A stretch of 64,000 bases of DNA. Origin: Paragordius varius. Its lineage: Eukaryota > Animalia > Nematomorpha. Below the pieces are notes generated by a model. The model ran no database searches. It was not told the origin of the DNA and worked only from the letters and a program-made list of their open reading frames with translations. This document shows, in pieces, positions 26,801 through 39,881 of this stretch. Numbering within the stretch: position 1 is the first letter of the stretch; every line of letters starts with the position of its first letter. The stretch is from assembly GCA_964247055.1 (NCBI GenBank), contig OZ176059.1:2976001-3040000 (forward strand), read 5' to 3'. Position numbers and translations under genes: made by a program.

Positions 26801-28648
26801 AGTTAATTAAATTGTTGTAATGTCATAAATGTAAGAAACTGAATGTAATTATAAAATATATATATAGTGCTCATTTTATTATTAGCCACTTCACATTATT
26901 TTTGGCCACTTGGAGACAATACAGTAATGTGTGAGCAAAAAAACAGCAAATGGATGAAATTAAACAATTTTTTCGTATGTTACAACATTGAATTTGTAAA
27001 TTTAATTATGGTCAAAATTTGTCCTATATCATAAGCTACTATAATACCAATTGGCCAACAATAAATATAATCATGAGCTTTATTAAGCAAAAATAAAGCT
27101 TTTAAACTAAATACATGCAGATCGTTCAGGTTTCCTATTTCAAATTACATTATGAGTAAGTATACATTGCAAGGTTTTCATTCTTATTGCCAGATGGAAA
27201 ATAGCAAAAGAGAAATATAATTGGTCTATAGTTATTTTTTCGCTTTTCACTACAGTCAGTAAAGTAAATAATAATTCATACCGCATATGCTATTTGGCAA
27301 TATTTAATGAAAACAAAAAAACTAGAAATGTATACTTAGTCATGTTTGTAAAATCGTTAAAAAACAAGGGTTATTTTCATACAACCCAAATAGGGCCACT
27401 AATATATAATTATATATAACCATTTATAGAACCGATTATATAGATATAACCCAATAAGGTATTTATATATGGGATTACACAAAGTTTAAAGCTAATTATC
27501 ATGAGGGAAAACGTAAATAAACATTTAGAACTAAATCCAAATATCTTGTAAAATATAATTTGAGGAAATGATAGATTATAGTTTGGAGCGAGCAAAGAAA
27601 AATTAAATAATGATATGTCAATTTAGTTAAATTACATGTATGACAAAAAAAGACTTAAAAAAATTAAACACCCACCAAATTTATGGAAAAAAAAGTAATT
27701 ACTCATTTATTTATTTAACCCCATACTACAAATCCTAATAACATACATATAATTTTATTTGATTATACTTTTTAAACCCCAATTTTATTAATTTACATCG
27801 TTTTTGCAAAATAAGAAATAGACATGTTAATTAAAAACACTGTATTATATTGTTCACAATTATATATACGATATATGTAGAATATAATATTTAAAGCTCT
27901 ATTATACCGTAAAAATATTTGACTTTATATAAATGTTTTACGTTAAAGCATTTCTACAGTATTATATTATTATAAAATTCATTATATTCATAACAAAGTT
28001 AGGATATGTGTGAAAAAAAATTATCCAGGAGGCTTAAAAAGTATGGAGCTGTCTTAGAACAAAAAAATGATTATTTTCACGTTTTGTTTTTATACTTTTA
28101 TTGCTGTAACTAATAAATAAATAAGTAAATAGAGATACCCAACAGAGGTGGTAACCAATTAACGTTACATTCGATATGGCTATCAAGGAATATAAGGACC
28201 TGACCTGTGGCGACTTTAGCGCCCGCTAACCGTGCCCGGATAAGACCTTGACGTGAAGGCATTCGAATAACGCGGGCCTGAAAACGTGCTGGAATTTTTT
28301 CCGCTAAATACCGTTCTAGCGGTTCCTTAAGGAAATCTGTATGAGTGTGTAAGTGTGTATGTGTTAAAAAATAGTTATATGATGTACTAAAGTGGTTAAT
28401 TAATAAATATTGTGATAAAATGGTTTTGTATAAGAGTTTTATTATCATGGTGGTTAGAAAGTTTTTAAATTTTATAAATTTAACAGGCACAAAAAAATTT
28501 ACATTTGGATGATATTAAATTTTATTGTAGTATACAGATTTAAACATTATATCAAAAACAAACCTGATCCATGCATTAAAAATTAACACTGAATTCTCAA
28601 AGAAAACCATTTAACCATTTTTTAAAAAGTTTGCAAAAAAGATTAGCC

Positions 28649-28689
<41 letters not shown>

Positions 28690-31600
28690 TCCATCTACGC
28701 CTCAAATTCACCCCCTCAAACAATTTAAATTCGTTCTCCTTAGATTTATATGTATAACTCATTATCAATATGAAATATCTCACTTTATGGCATAATTTAT
28801 ATTATTTTTTCCAAATATTCATATTTAACAGGTAACAATTTAATAATGCAAAAATTTATTTTAGGGGTAATTTTGATTTGTTCAAGGGTGAATGTTTAAT
28901 GGTATATAACAATATAAGCAATAACTAACCTTTAGTACTAAAATCATCCACAAGTATAATTTCATGTATAAGCTCATGAGGTGACCTATTTATAACACTA
29001 TGGACGGAACGTAAGAGTGTGGTCCAATGTTCCTGATGGAATGGAATGACAATACTAACATTGGGTAAATTTGGCAGATATTTTTTGGTTTTACATCTAT
29101 TGTGCCGATAATGCAGTAAAAATTGAAATAAAATAATACGGTGAAATATATAGACAAAAATTTTTTTTCAAAAGATACCCAAACTAGACCAGTAAAAATT
29201 GAAATTATACCGTGTCAAAACGTAAATATATAAAGACAATTTTTTTTTTAAATTAAATCTGTTGTTTTTAAAATATATACGTCATTATTTAATATGCAAA
29301 GTATGAAACAAAAATGTATATTAACACCAGCAATTAGGTATTTCATAATTGTTAGAAAATAAAGAAAACTTAAGGTTTATGAAAGTATGGTGCCTTTTTT
29401 TAAAAAATATATGTCTTTACATTTTTACGTTTTATCCGTAAATTCAATTTGTTTGTATGTATATATATATATTGTGTAAAATCAAAGAAATATTAGTGCC
29501 CTTAAACTGGGATATATAAGGGTACTTATTAACATTTCATTTTGTTTTTTATGCTCTAAATTGTATTACAGTATGAGTAACTATACATTGCTAGAAAATT
29601 ATTAATTTATGTTAAAAATCGCATATAAAATAAAGGGCAGTAATATGAGCGTATAGTTATTTTTTACTTTTTTCTAATATTAACCAATATTCTCTTTGTT
29701 GTATATGCCATTTGGCAATAATTATAACTTTCTAGCCAGCCAATATATACTTATTCATACTGTAGATTGCAAATCGGTAAAAACACCACAGTTTCTTTAT
29801 GGGAAAACTAAACTATGTTCTTCTTTGAACGTCAAGAGAATGTTTAAGCCTATAATTAGGACTGTACGCTATTGATGTGGATACTTATGTTAAGTTATAT
29901 AGTTATTCAAATAGATTGAATGAATTATTAAATAACGTGTATTAATTAAAATATTTTTATGAATGAAAAATGCGATTTATTATGGAAGATAAAAAAATTT
30001 TATAGTTTATTAATAATTCTGAAATAAATTTCCAATTTCCACATAATTAAGAAGCAAAAACATTTCCATAAAATTCATCTACTAGTTTCAATAAGGTCTA
30101 AATTGGATTCGTTACCCATAAAAGTAGTTGATAGATATTATATATACCATTTGTTCATATTCACCCTTAGATAATTCAAATTCACACTTAATCAAACTCA
30201 CCCTCGAACAATTCAAATTCACCCGAAAATAAATTGTGTTTTTTAAAATTAAAAATTACCTTTATTTTATAATATTTTTAAAATATGAAATTCGGTTTAT
30301 TAATATAATGCTGAAAAAATAATAAAATATGCCGCAAATATATATTTCATATTAATTATGGGTTATATTATCCTGAAAACACATAATTTATTTTTAGGGT
30401 GAATTTTTGTTAAAGGATGAATTTAAATTGTTTAAGATTGAGTTTGAATTGTAAATGGTATATAAAACTTTACTGGACTAAACTTCAACAAAAGCAAACA
30501 TAACTTTACAAATTAATATAATATGTAAAAGTGTTAAGATACAGTGGAAATATAAAATCAAATTATATTATATTTTTATATATCCAAAAAATAATATTAA
30601 TATTATCTTTGTTCGCAAAATCATTTTTTTTTTGAATTTTATGGCAACTAACAATTATAATTATATTTTTACATGTTCCAAACATCTTACCATTTTTTAT
30701 TAGCCTATATCCAAAATTGGGGATAAATATTAATATTTTGTTTCAATGAATTAATTACATTTTATTTTAAGTTTCTTATTATATCTTAGACATTATGTAA
30801 CGGCTAGCTTGCAAATATATGTTCACAAAGTATTGGTAAAAATTGATATTTTTAAACAAATCGCCACAGAATTTTTTAAGCGTTGAAAATGCGTGGCCCG
30901 GGAGACCATTTAAGTTGGACATCCCCTGTTTGAATATTGATACACACAACTGAAAAACCATGTATCAAAAATTTTGGATATACTTTTTCACCAAAATTTC
31001 ATGTGCGGTTCGCGAAAAATTATCTAAAAGTTGCAAAATATGCTTACAAAATCTTGGTAAAATTTACAAATTTTTTGAATAAACCTACTTATTCAATTGG
31101 CAGGAACTAGATAAAATTTAGTTTGTATTTGCATTATAAAGTCTCGCATGCTTAAATTTATTAATTTATTTATAACTGCATTTATATATATTAAGAATGC
31201 GGCCCGCAGAGCCATTTATAGATCCCTTGGCTTAGCAAACATTTGTGCAAATAAGCAAAACACTGTTTTTTGCACACAAAAAACAGTCCCATTCGAATCT
31301 GAATTTGAATTAAAAGAATTTTTTTATAAGATTGCAACAAAAACTAAGATTGATAAAAAACGCTTACAATGGATGCCTAATGTCAGGTAATGAACGATCC
31401 AAAGCAATCCCATCCGAAGCCAAGGCATTAAACCCATTAACGCTAAAGAGTTGTTCTCGTTTCTTTTTGGTTTGCGCGTCTTGGGCTACGTTATAGGCTT
31501 TGCCTTGTTCCCCTAAACCTAATTATTTATACATGTTATAAAAAAAATATATTTACACCAAACCAACTTGAAAAATATTAAATATTAAATTTAAACGTTA

Positions 31601-32826
31601 TCTATCATTATAAATACAGTATGAATAAGTTTACATTGCTAGAAAGTTATTAATTATTGCAAAAAAGTAAGGAAACCAAGGGCAGTATAATTGGTTGATA
31701 ATAGTAAAAAGTGAAAAAATTAATTATAAGCCAATAATAATGCCCTTTGTTGTATATACCTGCTATTTGGCAATAATTAATAATTAGCAATGTATACTTA
31801 TTCATACTGTAAATATGCGGATATTATCTCCAAATATATATATATATATATATGTACGTTTTAAGAAATTTGAGTTAGTTATTTTAATTACGATTTAAGA
31901 ATCCGTGGTAAAGAATATATTCAAATTCTAAAAGTGGTGTTGTTTTATTTAATAATATACGTTACAGAAAATAAGATATTTTAAGCAAGCGTTTTACTCT
32001 TTGCTAAAAAATTATATAAGTTTTAAGGCCAATTTTAACCAAGAAAGGCATAACAATAAACTAAAAAAATAACAAATATGTTTGTAAATTAACATAACCA
32101 AACTTTTTTGATACCTAGAAAAACCAGCCGCAAGCAAAAATATTAAGTCATTACTTTAATAATTATAATAATAATAAGAATACAAAGGGTCAACAGTTTA
32201 AAATTTTATAATATTTTTAAAGCTAACTTACCAGGAAAAAAAGACATCACAAGTTGGTAAAAAAAATTTCATAATAATATAGGCTTAAGTTTAAAAAGTT
32301 GTGTTAATACGATAATAACATATAATACAAACCGATGACATATTTTTGCATAATTCACATTATAAAGCAAATTTTGTATTACATTAAAAAAAATATATAA
32401 ATATAAGCAAAAATAGTTTGCTTGAAAATTATATTAAAATATTTTTTTGTTTTAGCTGGCAAGCAAGCAAGTAAGGAGGTATAGGTTTAACTGTAATTTT
32501 AAAGTAAAAAATAAATAAAATAAAAGCAGAATATACAGGTTTTCATATCTCTGATGGGAAACAGTTATTATAATTTTTACAGTTTTTATTATATTTAATT
32601 ATTATTATTATTGATACAAAATAAAAAAAAATATTAACCTAATTTCTCTATACAATCATATATATAAAAAAACAGGTAAAAAAAATCTTTTACACCACAC
32701 CACCATTAAACAAAATATATGGAAAAAAATTATATAAAACTCATTAATAAATACTATATAAGTAAAGAGAGCATAAAAATTAGCATACTTTGTTGATTTA
32801 AAAAAATATTAAACTTGAAAAATTGA

Positions 32827-32873
<47 letters not shown>

Positions 32874-35698
32874 GGTTGGGTCCAACCAATTTAACACTTC
32901 GATTCAAATTAAGGTATCTCTTAAATAAAGTTTTGAAACAGACGGTTCCAATTTAAATTTATGCTTCTCTATCCTAATAAAAATTATATAAATAAGCCGA
33001 AATATCTTAAATAAAATATAGTCTTGAAAAAAAAAGAATTCCATATCAAACTAATTTTTATTTAACGTTTTTGCAAAATGTTTTAAATTTAAAGCTAAAT
33101 TTAACGTAATTTTATATTTAAATCACATCTAACATTAATGGAAAAAGAAAAAGTGGTTTATTTTGCATTATTTTTACATTTAGTTAATGCAGATATCTCA
33201 CCATAAAATATGTAATATCAATTTTAAATGAATCTTTTTTGATATTTCGGTGCATAAATGTTATATAAGTGCAAACAAACTTTTGCAATGGTTTCAATAT
33301 GTTCCATCATTTAAGTGATTTTAAACAGGCATGAGATTTCCAAAAGACCCAAATTTGAATCGGAGGGACTGAAATAAGTAAATGTGTTGTAAAGTATTAA
33401 ACAAATCATTTTTTATGTATAGATTAATTTTGTATTCATCCGTTAAAAATTTCCGGTTATAACTGTAAATGATTGATAATTTATAAAAAGGCTTGGTAAT
33501 TAATCTTATAAACGCTCAAAAATTAATCCAATCCTAATTTTTGGGGTTGTAATACAATTTTGAGGTCTGAACATAAAATGTATTTGGCACAGTACATTAA
33601 TTTAAATGGCGCAGTTTTGTTATAAAAATTTTATTATGATGTTTGGCCTGCCTAAGTAATTTTCTATTCTCAAAAGGAGCTCTCGATAGCTTGGTAGGTT
33701 TTTGAAAGTAACAAAAATGTTAAATTTGTTAAACCTAAGTTAATATCTCCGTTATTTAACTGAAAATTGAAAGAATTTATTTATGAGTTTTACATAAAAC
33801 ACCTGGTTTTCAATTTTTATAAGTATATAACAAAATCATTTATATAATTAATATATATAATTATACAATATCATTAGTAATTGTGCTTTACAATAGCTTT
33901 TACACTTTTTTATGCTAATATATATATGGCAAAAAAGCATATAAATTTTAAAATAAATATATTATCAATTTAAAACTAGGGTGGCATCATAGATTAAAAG
34001 TCAAAGCATATCACATTATATACACCGTGCTAAAAATTTAAATTATCACAAATAACATTGATTGTTCAAAACAATTTTTAAGTAGGGGATCATTAAACAT
34101 AACTTAGCCGTGCAAAGGCCGCGTGGTTTTGTCAAATATATGAAACTATAATTCTAACTAAATTATTTTTTCATATATAAAAACAAGCGATTTTAAAAGA
34201 CTTGACAAATAATACACTAGATCAGGTGTGTCTAAAACAAATGCTTTGCGGGCGCATTCGCAAAATATATGGATGGGAATAAACAAATATTTTATTAAAT
34301 ATTAGATATAAGACTGTAAAAACTAGAATTTATCTTAACAATTTTCGCTATTTCATAGTGGAAATTCGGAAGTATGCAGAAAATATGTTTGCAAAATCAA
34401 TTATATCGGATTTCGTAAAATATGTTATTGAAATTTCTCGCGGGCTAAAATATTTTGAACGGTCGGGTGTTGAACACCCCTACACTTAATCAACAAAATA
34501 TAGACATATACCTATGTAGGTCAAAGAAAGAGAGAAAGACAAGCGCCATAAAACAAGTGGATGGAGAATAAAGCGAAAACTAGCACAAACAATACAAACC
34601 TTAATTTAAGGATGTCATAGATAAAGTTTATTGGCGAAAAAAAGTGTTGTTTCTCACATGACAGCTGTAACGTGTAAAATAAAAGCAAAATTATAAGTAT
34701 AAAACTCAGTTAATTAACATGTCAAAGAAACACCGTGAAATGTTATAAATGAAAATTACAATGAAAACGGATAATGGGAATCAAACTAAACTTAAACCTA
34801 AATAAAAACGGTTCATACAAAATGAATGTGAATGAAACCCTTGGTCAATAGGAATCGCAGACTAGTTTCGCGGTTGTTAACACTCATCAGACGGCACAAA
34901 TATTTGACTTGGGGCCGTTTAATTAAAATATAATAAAGTTAAAAACCAAAGATGACAATATACTAATTATGATAAAATTAACTACCTGTTCGTAATCTAT
35001 CAGCCTTCATTGCAGCATAATCGTGCCAATCCTTTTTTGTCAGCTGTAATAAATCATAAATTCAAATATTATTATTCTTAAAACTATTTAAAAAAATTTA
35101 GGAATCGTTCAAAATGAATATTCAAATTTTGCGTGCAATCGTCTGCGGCACCTCATTTACCGTTATTTTTATTGTCTGCTTTTACTGAAAATCTCAAATC
35201 TTTTCGATAACACGATTCAAATATTGGAAAAACAAATTTTACCTTAGCCAAATTATTCATTTGTTCTGGGTGAAATTTGCCACGACTATTTATGCCATGT
35301 TTTTCTTCATCAAGACCGTGAAATAGGATATTGGGTGTCTCAGGCATATTATTATTATCAGGTATTATTCCCCTTTCAATATTGTTATGTATATAGGTAT
35401 TATCATGTGGAGATTTTAACCGTTCATCCACGTTTCGAACGCCTACCCTATCATCCATCAGCAAACCATTTCGCCTAAGGTGGCCCGCTACGTCATCACC
35501 CGGTTTAATTCTCATATAATCTCCGACATTGTTAATAAATGGAGATGCTACCAAACGATCCCCATCCTTTCCATGTATGTGCATCAAAAGGAAATGACCC
35601 AATAGCGTAAGGCTTAAAACAAGGGCAATCCATTTTAACAATGTTTTGACAGTAAAAGCACCGCGACGTCTGAAAAATAATGGGGATGTGGCATTCAT
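15926..35698 (-). CDS. GALNT10: Polypeptide N-acetylgalactosaminyltransferase, GALNT10/pgant6/gly-10 family; canonical-like isoform about 687 aa
   Basis: 13 phase-compatible exons: 35698-35243, 35043-34986, 31518-31368, 29096-28930, 28336-28139, 26696-26519, 24419-24302, 23607-23497, 22034-21973, 21323-21164, 19594-19493, 17026-16883, 16084-15926 (2064 nt). N-terminal TM anchor, [27 protein letters not shown] (DxH), [30 protein letters not shown], and a ricin-type lectin with CLD/QxW repeats. Confidence 0.95.
17104..17403. mobile_element. hAT-like MITE family H1 (CAGGGGTG..CAAC / GTTG..CACCCCTG ends, subterminal GCGGGCCGC-like motifs)
   Basis: CAGGGGTGAACAAC..TATTGAACACCCCTG. Other copies at 3096-3374, 25331-25831, 34223-34482, 38950-39259, 40954-41232, 42610-42959, plus fragments near 13870 and 30890-31230. 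Superfamily inferred from termini only; 8-bp TSDs not recognisable. Confidence 0.7.
18192..18332 (-). CDS. Alternative GALNT exon 12a: second lectin beta-subdomain
   Basis: ctacacag|TTT...CCG|gtaaaa, 141 nt, phase 0/0. Encodes [47 protein letters not shown], which aligns without frameshift to exon 12b [48 protein letters not shown]. Confidence 0.88.
18393..18578. mobile_element. Tc1/mariner-type MITE family C3 (TA-CAGTAGCGTATGG TIR)
   Basis: TACAGTAGTGTATAGAAT..CCATACGCTACTGTA; second copy at 23668-23878 with an internal (TA)n. Confidence 0.7.
18972..19238. mobile_element. M1 MITE, nested inside a C1 MITE
   Basis: TACCATTTGCAATTCAATTTCACCC..GGGTGAATGAATTGTAAATGG; conserved M1 interior. Confidence 0.75.
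19869..19895 (-). CDS. Candidate 27-nt in-frame cassette micro-exon of GALNT (RESPVILLH)
   Basis: ttcaatttcacttacag|AGAGAGAGCCCAGTTATTTTGCTACAT|gtaagtaagt: consensus acceptor and donor, phase 0/0, between exons 10 and 11. Confidence 0.5.
21386..21660. mobile_element. M1 MITE, right end eroded
   Basis: TACCATTTACAGTTCAAATTCACCC..; M1 interior. Confidence 0.7.
22080..22360. mobile_element. M1 MITE
   Basis: TACCGTTTAGAATTCAAATTTACC..GGTGAATTTGAAATGTAAATGG. Confidence 0.7.
22865..23140. mobile_element. M1 MITE, diverged
   Basis: TAGCATTTACACCTCAAATTT..GTTGCAAATGGTA. Confidence 0.6.
23190..23485. repeat. About 80-bp inverted repeat enclosing the hammerhead; probable Penelope-like remnant
   Basis: Arm 23190-23269 (aataatagttgttaaaatccgtaatataacg..gaaattata) is the near-exact reverse complement of 23402-23485. 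Confidence 0.8.
23290..23354 (-). ncRNA. Minimal type I hammerhead ribozyme with palindromic stem III (Penelope-like-element type) in GALNT intron 8
   Basis: Minus strand: gtcaaatagtttg-TCGTA-CTGATGA-GTGCT(AACA)AGCAC-GAA-ACTAGT-C-TGCGA-ttactattgac. Canonical core, perfect stem II, extended stem I. Confidence 0.85.
23668..23878. mobile_element. C3 MITE containing a (TA)n expansion
   Basis: TACAGTAGCGTATGGAATTAAACAATATTAGTCCATAAAA..TTTTATGGACTAATATTGTTTT..ACGCTACTG. Confidence 0.7.
25331..25831. mobile_element. H1 MITE interrupted by a C2 MITE
   Basis: CAGGGGTGTCCAAC..GCGTGTTAGATACCCCTG with the C2 element at 25407-25608. Confidence 0.7.
25407..25608. mobile_element. Tc1/mariner-type MITE family C2 (TA-CAGTAAAA..ATACGGACAAAACGTAAAA TIR), nested in a hAT-like MITE
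   Basis: Long imperfect TIRs; homologous copies at 14677-14958 and 29190-29457. Confidence 0.75.
27146..27350. mobile_element. C1 MITE, diverged
   Basis: TATGAGTAAGTATACATTGC..CTAGAAATGTATACTTAGTCATG. Confidence 0.6.
28689..28904. mobile_element. M1 MITE, shortened
   Basis: CCATCTACGCCTCAAATTCACCC..GGGTGAATGTTTAATGGTA, adjacent to a (TA)n tract. Confidence 0.6.
29567..29764. mobile_element. C1 MITE
   Basis: TACAGTATGAGTAACTATACATTGCTAG..ATACTTATTCATACTGTA. Confidence 0.75.
30145..30460. mobile_element. M1 MITE, opposite internal orientation
   Basis: TACCATTTGTTCATATTCACCC..GAGTTTGAATTGTAAATGGTA, TA flanks. Confidence 0.75.
31615..31811. mobile_element. Tc1/mariner-type MITE family C1 (TA-CAGTATGAATAAG TIR)
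   Basis: TACAGTATGAATAAGTTTACATTGCTA..TAGCAATGTATACTTATTCATACTGTA. Other copies at 27146-27350, 29567-29764, 18850-19279 (interrupted), and a fragment near 45650-45735. Confidence 0.8.
32895..33396. mobile_element. piggyBac-like MITE, family P1
   Basis: TTAA|CACTTCGATTCAAATT..aaatttgaatcggagggactgaaat..AAGTA|TTAA; colinear with 7848-8408. Confidence 0.75.
34223..34482. mobile_element. H1 MITE
   Basis: CAGGTGTGTCTAAAACAAATGCTTTGCGGGCGC..GGTGTTGAACACCCCTA. Confidence 0.65.
34844..34908 (-). ncRNA. Second copy of the same hammerhead family, partly degenerate stems, in GALNT intron 2
   Basis: Minus strand: gtcaaatatttgtgccgt-CTGATGA-GTGTTAACAACCGC-GAA-ACTAGT-C-TGCGA-ttcctattgac. Shares flanks (aaaccctt..gtcaata..tcgcagactagtttcg) with the 23290 copy. 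Confidence 0.7.
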
Positions 35699-36621
35699 AA
35701 AGGGTATATGTCTATGTTTATCGTTTATTATGTTTGAAGCACGGAGATTATAATATATTACAGGTTTTAGCTTGTTTTTTGAACAATTCAACTTTTGTAT
35801 TGTAGGGCAATAAGTTATTGCGGATCAATTAAATATTTATGTATATTAGATGTATGTGATGGCGATTAACATATAGAGATTATATTGCAAAGTAGATGTT
35901 AAAAAAATAATGGCAAAATTAAATTTTAAATCCAAACTCCCTAATGAAGAGAAATGAAATGTTGATTTCTTAAGTAGCACCGATATCAAGTATTTTTTTC
36001 ACACAATTAAGTGCGATATGTAAATGCGAAAATTGGAATGTACGATGAAATGTACAGTGTATGCGTGTTGAACAAATAAATGATTATAGCCAGGTAAGGT
36101 AGAAAAGTTTATACAAAAACGTATATAAAAAAGGCAAAAAATCGGATATTGGTTGACCTAAATTCCGTTTATGGCGGTTTTGTTTCTTTTCATCGTCTTT
36201 TACCTTATTATATGCAAAAATAAATTAAGAGAAATATTATAAAATAGTAAAAAAGAGAATAGATATTTTTTACAATGTAGGCTGGTGGGAAATTGTGTCA
36301 AATAAAAAATGTAAACGTTTTCGTGCACCTGCAAATATTTGTTTAGCCCAATATAAAGTAAATAATTTAGATTGATCCATACATATATATCATTTTTACA
36401 AAAAAGACCAATGATATATATTGTATTGGTAGATTTGAAATCAAAATAATATTCATAGATTTTAGCTGAGAAAATATATAAGTCATATTATAAAATGAAC
36501 AAAAGTAGTTATATGGCTTATAACTATTTTTATTTCCAATCGAAAAAAATAGATATAACAAATTTACCTTGCGTCTACGTTTGTTTAAGAATGTAATAGC
36601 ATTGGCACGTTGATTCATATG

Positions 36622-36657
<36 letters not shown>

Positions 36658-37742
36658 GAAACAGAAAACACCCCGATTAAAATTTTTACATAGATAATCG
36701 TGTCATGATGTTTATATCGCTATTTTGGTACAACGCAAAAAATTGCGGTTTCACAATATAGATTTATCAAATGTGCTAAATTATGGCATCAAAAAAACAT
36801 ATTTTATATAAAATGCATACTCTGCTAAAAAATTTAATTGTCAAAATTTTAAACATTCTATTTTGAGGCATGATTAAAGCGATATAAAAACGCTTTAAGA
36901 TATTATAAAAATTTAATGAAATCGTTGATGCTGAACATTTTTATATATTTAAAATTTTTTAAAATATAAAATATAATTTGTGTTGATTCTAAAAACAACC
37001 TTTAAATCAAAAGTGTGAGGTGATGGAAGTATACAGGGTATTTGAGTAGAAAAGTGTTTTTTTAACATCGCGTTTTTATCTTGGCTCTAGCACTTTATGT
37101 CTTTTTGGGGTTGTTTTATACCTAAGCGCAAAATTTAAATATTTTGAAAAATTTAAGCCTGAATTTCAAAGTTAGTTTTAAGCGAATGAAAAAAATATAA
37201 TTTAAAAAATGTAAATATGGAAAAAATCCTCATCCGATACTTTTTTTCATTATTTTTTTGACGTTAATAAACAGCGAATAAATGTGTATTATGGTTAAAA
37301 AATATTGATAAATTAACCTTAAAAAGCTTTTAAAATACAATTTACCAGCAAACTCTCTATCAAGTTTTGGAACCACCCGAAATCGGGACAATAAAAGTTA
37401 AAAACTCTAAAATTTATAGGCTTTTTATCTATACAGAGAGAGAGCTTAACAACTAAATATAAACCATATAATTTCAAAACAGTTTCTTTACTACTTTAAG
37501 CTCTGATGTGGAACTAACCTACAATGTCAACAAAAAATAAAAATGGAATGAAGTGTGTTATAATATGAAGTACGCTCCAACAAAATTTTAAAGTAAATCC
37601 AACAAAGTCTGCATTTCTCAAAAATATTTATAATTTACGCATTTTTGCGCTCATCAAAAAACTAATTCATTTTTGGCAGAAAAATTTGAGACTTTTGGAA
37701 CCCACATTAAAATTTATAAATTATACAAATGGTGTTTTTCAA

Positions 37743-38258
37743 CACTTTGAATCGAATTGGGGTATCTAATATACCCCAGACAAAGATTGGTATTTTAAAA
37801 AACTACTAAAAGAAATGCTCCCAATTTAAAAATTATATAAATAGGCCAAAATATCTATATAAAATTTAGTTTTGGGAAAAAAGTTCCGCATCAAACCACT
37901 AAAACACCTATTTTATTTTGCATCGCTTTTGCAAAATAACATGATTATATAATTTTAGTTTACTTTTTTATTAAAATCAGATTGAACATTGATATAAGCA
38001 GAAGAGTACTTGTAGTATTTTTGTATTTAGCTTATGCACACAGGTCATATTGGCTAAATTTTTTACTTTGCGTTTTAGCTCTGAATAGGTAATATCAATA
38101 TTTTTGAAATGAATATTTTGTTATATCTTGGTTCATCAATGTTATATAAATGCAAACCTTTCCATATTTCTTGAAATATAAAATTTTGAACAAGCCTGGT
38201 GTATTTAACTACCCCAATTTGAATCGAAGGACTTAAATGAATGCGTTGTAGCCAGGTA
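37743..38258. mobile_element. piggyBac-like MITE, family P1
   Basis: CACTTTGAATCGAATTGGGGTA..caagcctggtgtatttaactaccccaatttgaatcgaaggact..|TTAA; right end nearly identical to 8340-8412. Confidence 0.75.
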
Positions 38259-38949
38259 TTAAATATAGCATATTATAAATTTAATTATATTATTTAAAGC
38301 GCTTTCACCAAAAATGTATTATTTAGCATATGTGCGATTTTGCGATTTTATCAGGCAATTATCATTAAGTGTAAATAATTTTTTTAATGACTTGTTATAA
38401 AAACCAAAAGCACTATGAGATTCCTGGTGCATTTTTTTTCCTCAAATACATTTTTATCTAGTTTTTTTGGGTGCACCATGATATTAGAACCTGATGTTTG
38501 TGAGGATGAGTTATGGTCCGTACCATTTGATACTTTGTTAGTACCGCTGGAATAATTAAAAAACTCTGTCTACTTGCATTCACACAATTGGCTGAAATAC
38601 ATAAATATTGAGTATTATTAGTATTATATGGAATCATTATGGTGAACACCGATCATAAGCTATGAATTTTTAAACCCGGCATCAAAAAATATTTAAAATA
38701 ATGGTAAAAATATGTTCATCTCAAAGCTTTGGCCAATCCTCTTTTTGGACTTTAACTGCATATTATTTATACTTATCTATTTTAAATTCAATGAAAAAAT
38801 AATCATGTATAAGGATTCTATGTAACCTACACTTCACCATTTTCTCATTCCTTATAGTTTAACGTCATCTATGAATAACAGCCTTAAAATAATTTAATTT
38901 TCCACTTTTTATAAACGGATACACATTGTGTTTTTTGTATTATATAAGG

Positions 38950-39259
38950 CAGAGGTGACCAAAACAAATGGATTCGCGGGCCGCATTTTCGGCTGCATTC
39001 GAAATTATAGGGGCAAATAAGTATTTCATAACCTGGGAGGTCAAAAATGGAAATATATGAATTACCATTTATTTTACGAATTTCTGCTAATTGGTTGCCG
39101 ATCAGAAAGAGTTGTTTAGAATATTTACTTAAAGAATAATAATTTTATTGTGATTATGTGAACAATTTTTGAAAAATTCTGATTTATATAATTCGTAATT
39201 TATGAAATTTTTCGCGGCCGCACATAACATCTCAGACGGTTGCGTATTGGATACCGTGG
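38950..39259. mobile_element. H1 MITE
   Basis: CAGAGGTGACCAAAACAAATGGATTCGCGGGCCGC..TTCGCGGCCGCAC..GCGTATTGGATACC. Confidence 0.65.
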
Positions 39260-39881
39260 ATTTGAAAATTTATGGTAAAAATCCTTATGTTGCTATCATA
39301 TTTATATAAAAGAAGCCAGCTAATTTTTATACCGTTATATCCAAAATTGTGTCAACATGTAGGCAAAATCATGGAAAACTAATTTTATTTGGTTCCCCAC
39401 TATTTATTTTCTCGGTTTTTTAGCAAAAAAATATCCAAAATAATATTTTGGGGACTAAGAATTGTGATTTTTTTAAACAGTTTTTTTACATTTCTATGTG
39501 AAATGCGCCTTAAAACCATAAAAAGCATATGTCAAAATTTGGACCAATATACATGCTTTTAAAGTATAATAATTTTTTCTTGTTCTGGGGCAAGTGAATA
39601 AGTGTCGTATAAACTAAATTATAATATTTTTTAAACTTCAACAAGTGTGGATGAACCCTTTGTTAGGAAAACCCAGGCCCCTTATCCTAATATTTATGAC
39701 TTGAAACGCCAAATGTGTTCATATGTATATGACAAGCAAAACTATATAATATAAACTAAGGTCAGAGTTCCTTGGTTTTTAAGCACAAAATCATTTCAAT
39801 ACAGAATTTTTATCGTTATTTTATCAAATACTGGCGTAAATCTCGTGCTGCTACGCAGCCCGAGGAAATACTTCGGACTTT

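Noticed and set aside
34600-34664. Exon-like 65-nt segment in GALNT intron 2
   Set aside because: Introduces a stop after exon 2 and is phase-incompatible as a replacement for it.
38458-38649. ORF with neprilysin-like LCISANCVNAS
   Set aside because: Lacks the following DPCxDFY motif and any supporting exons.
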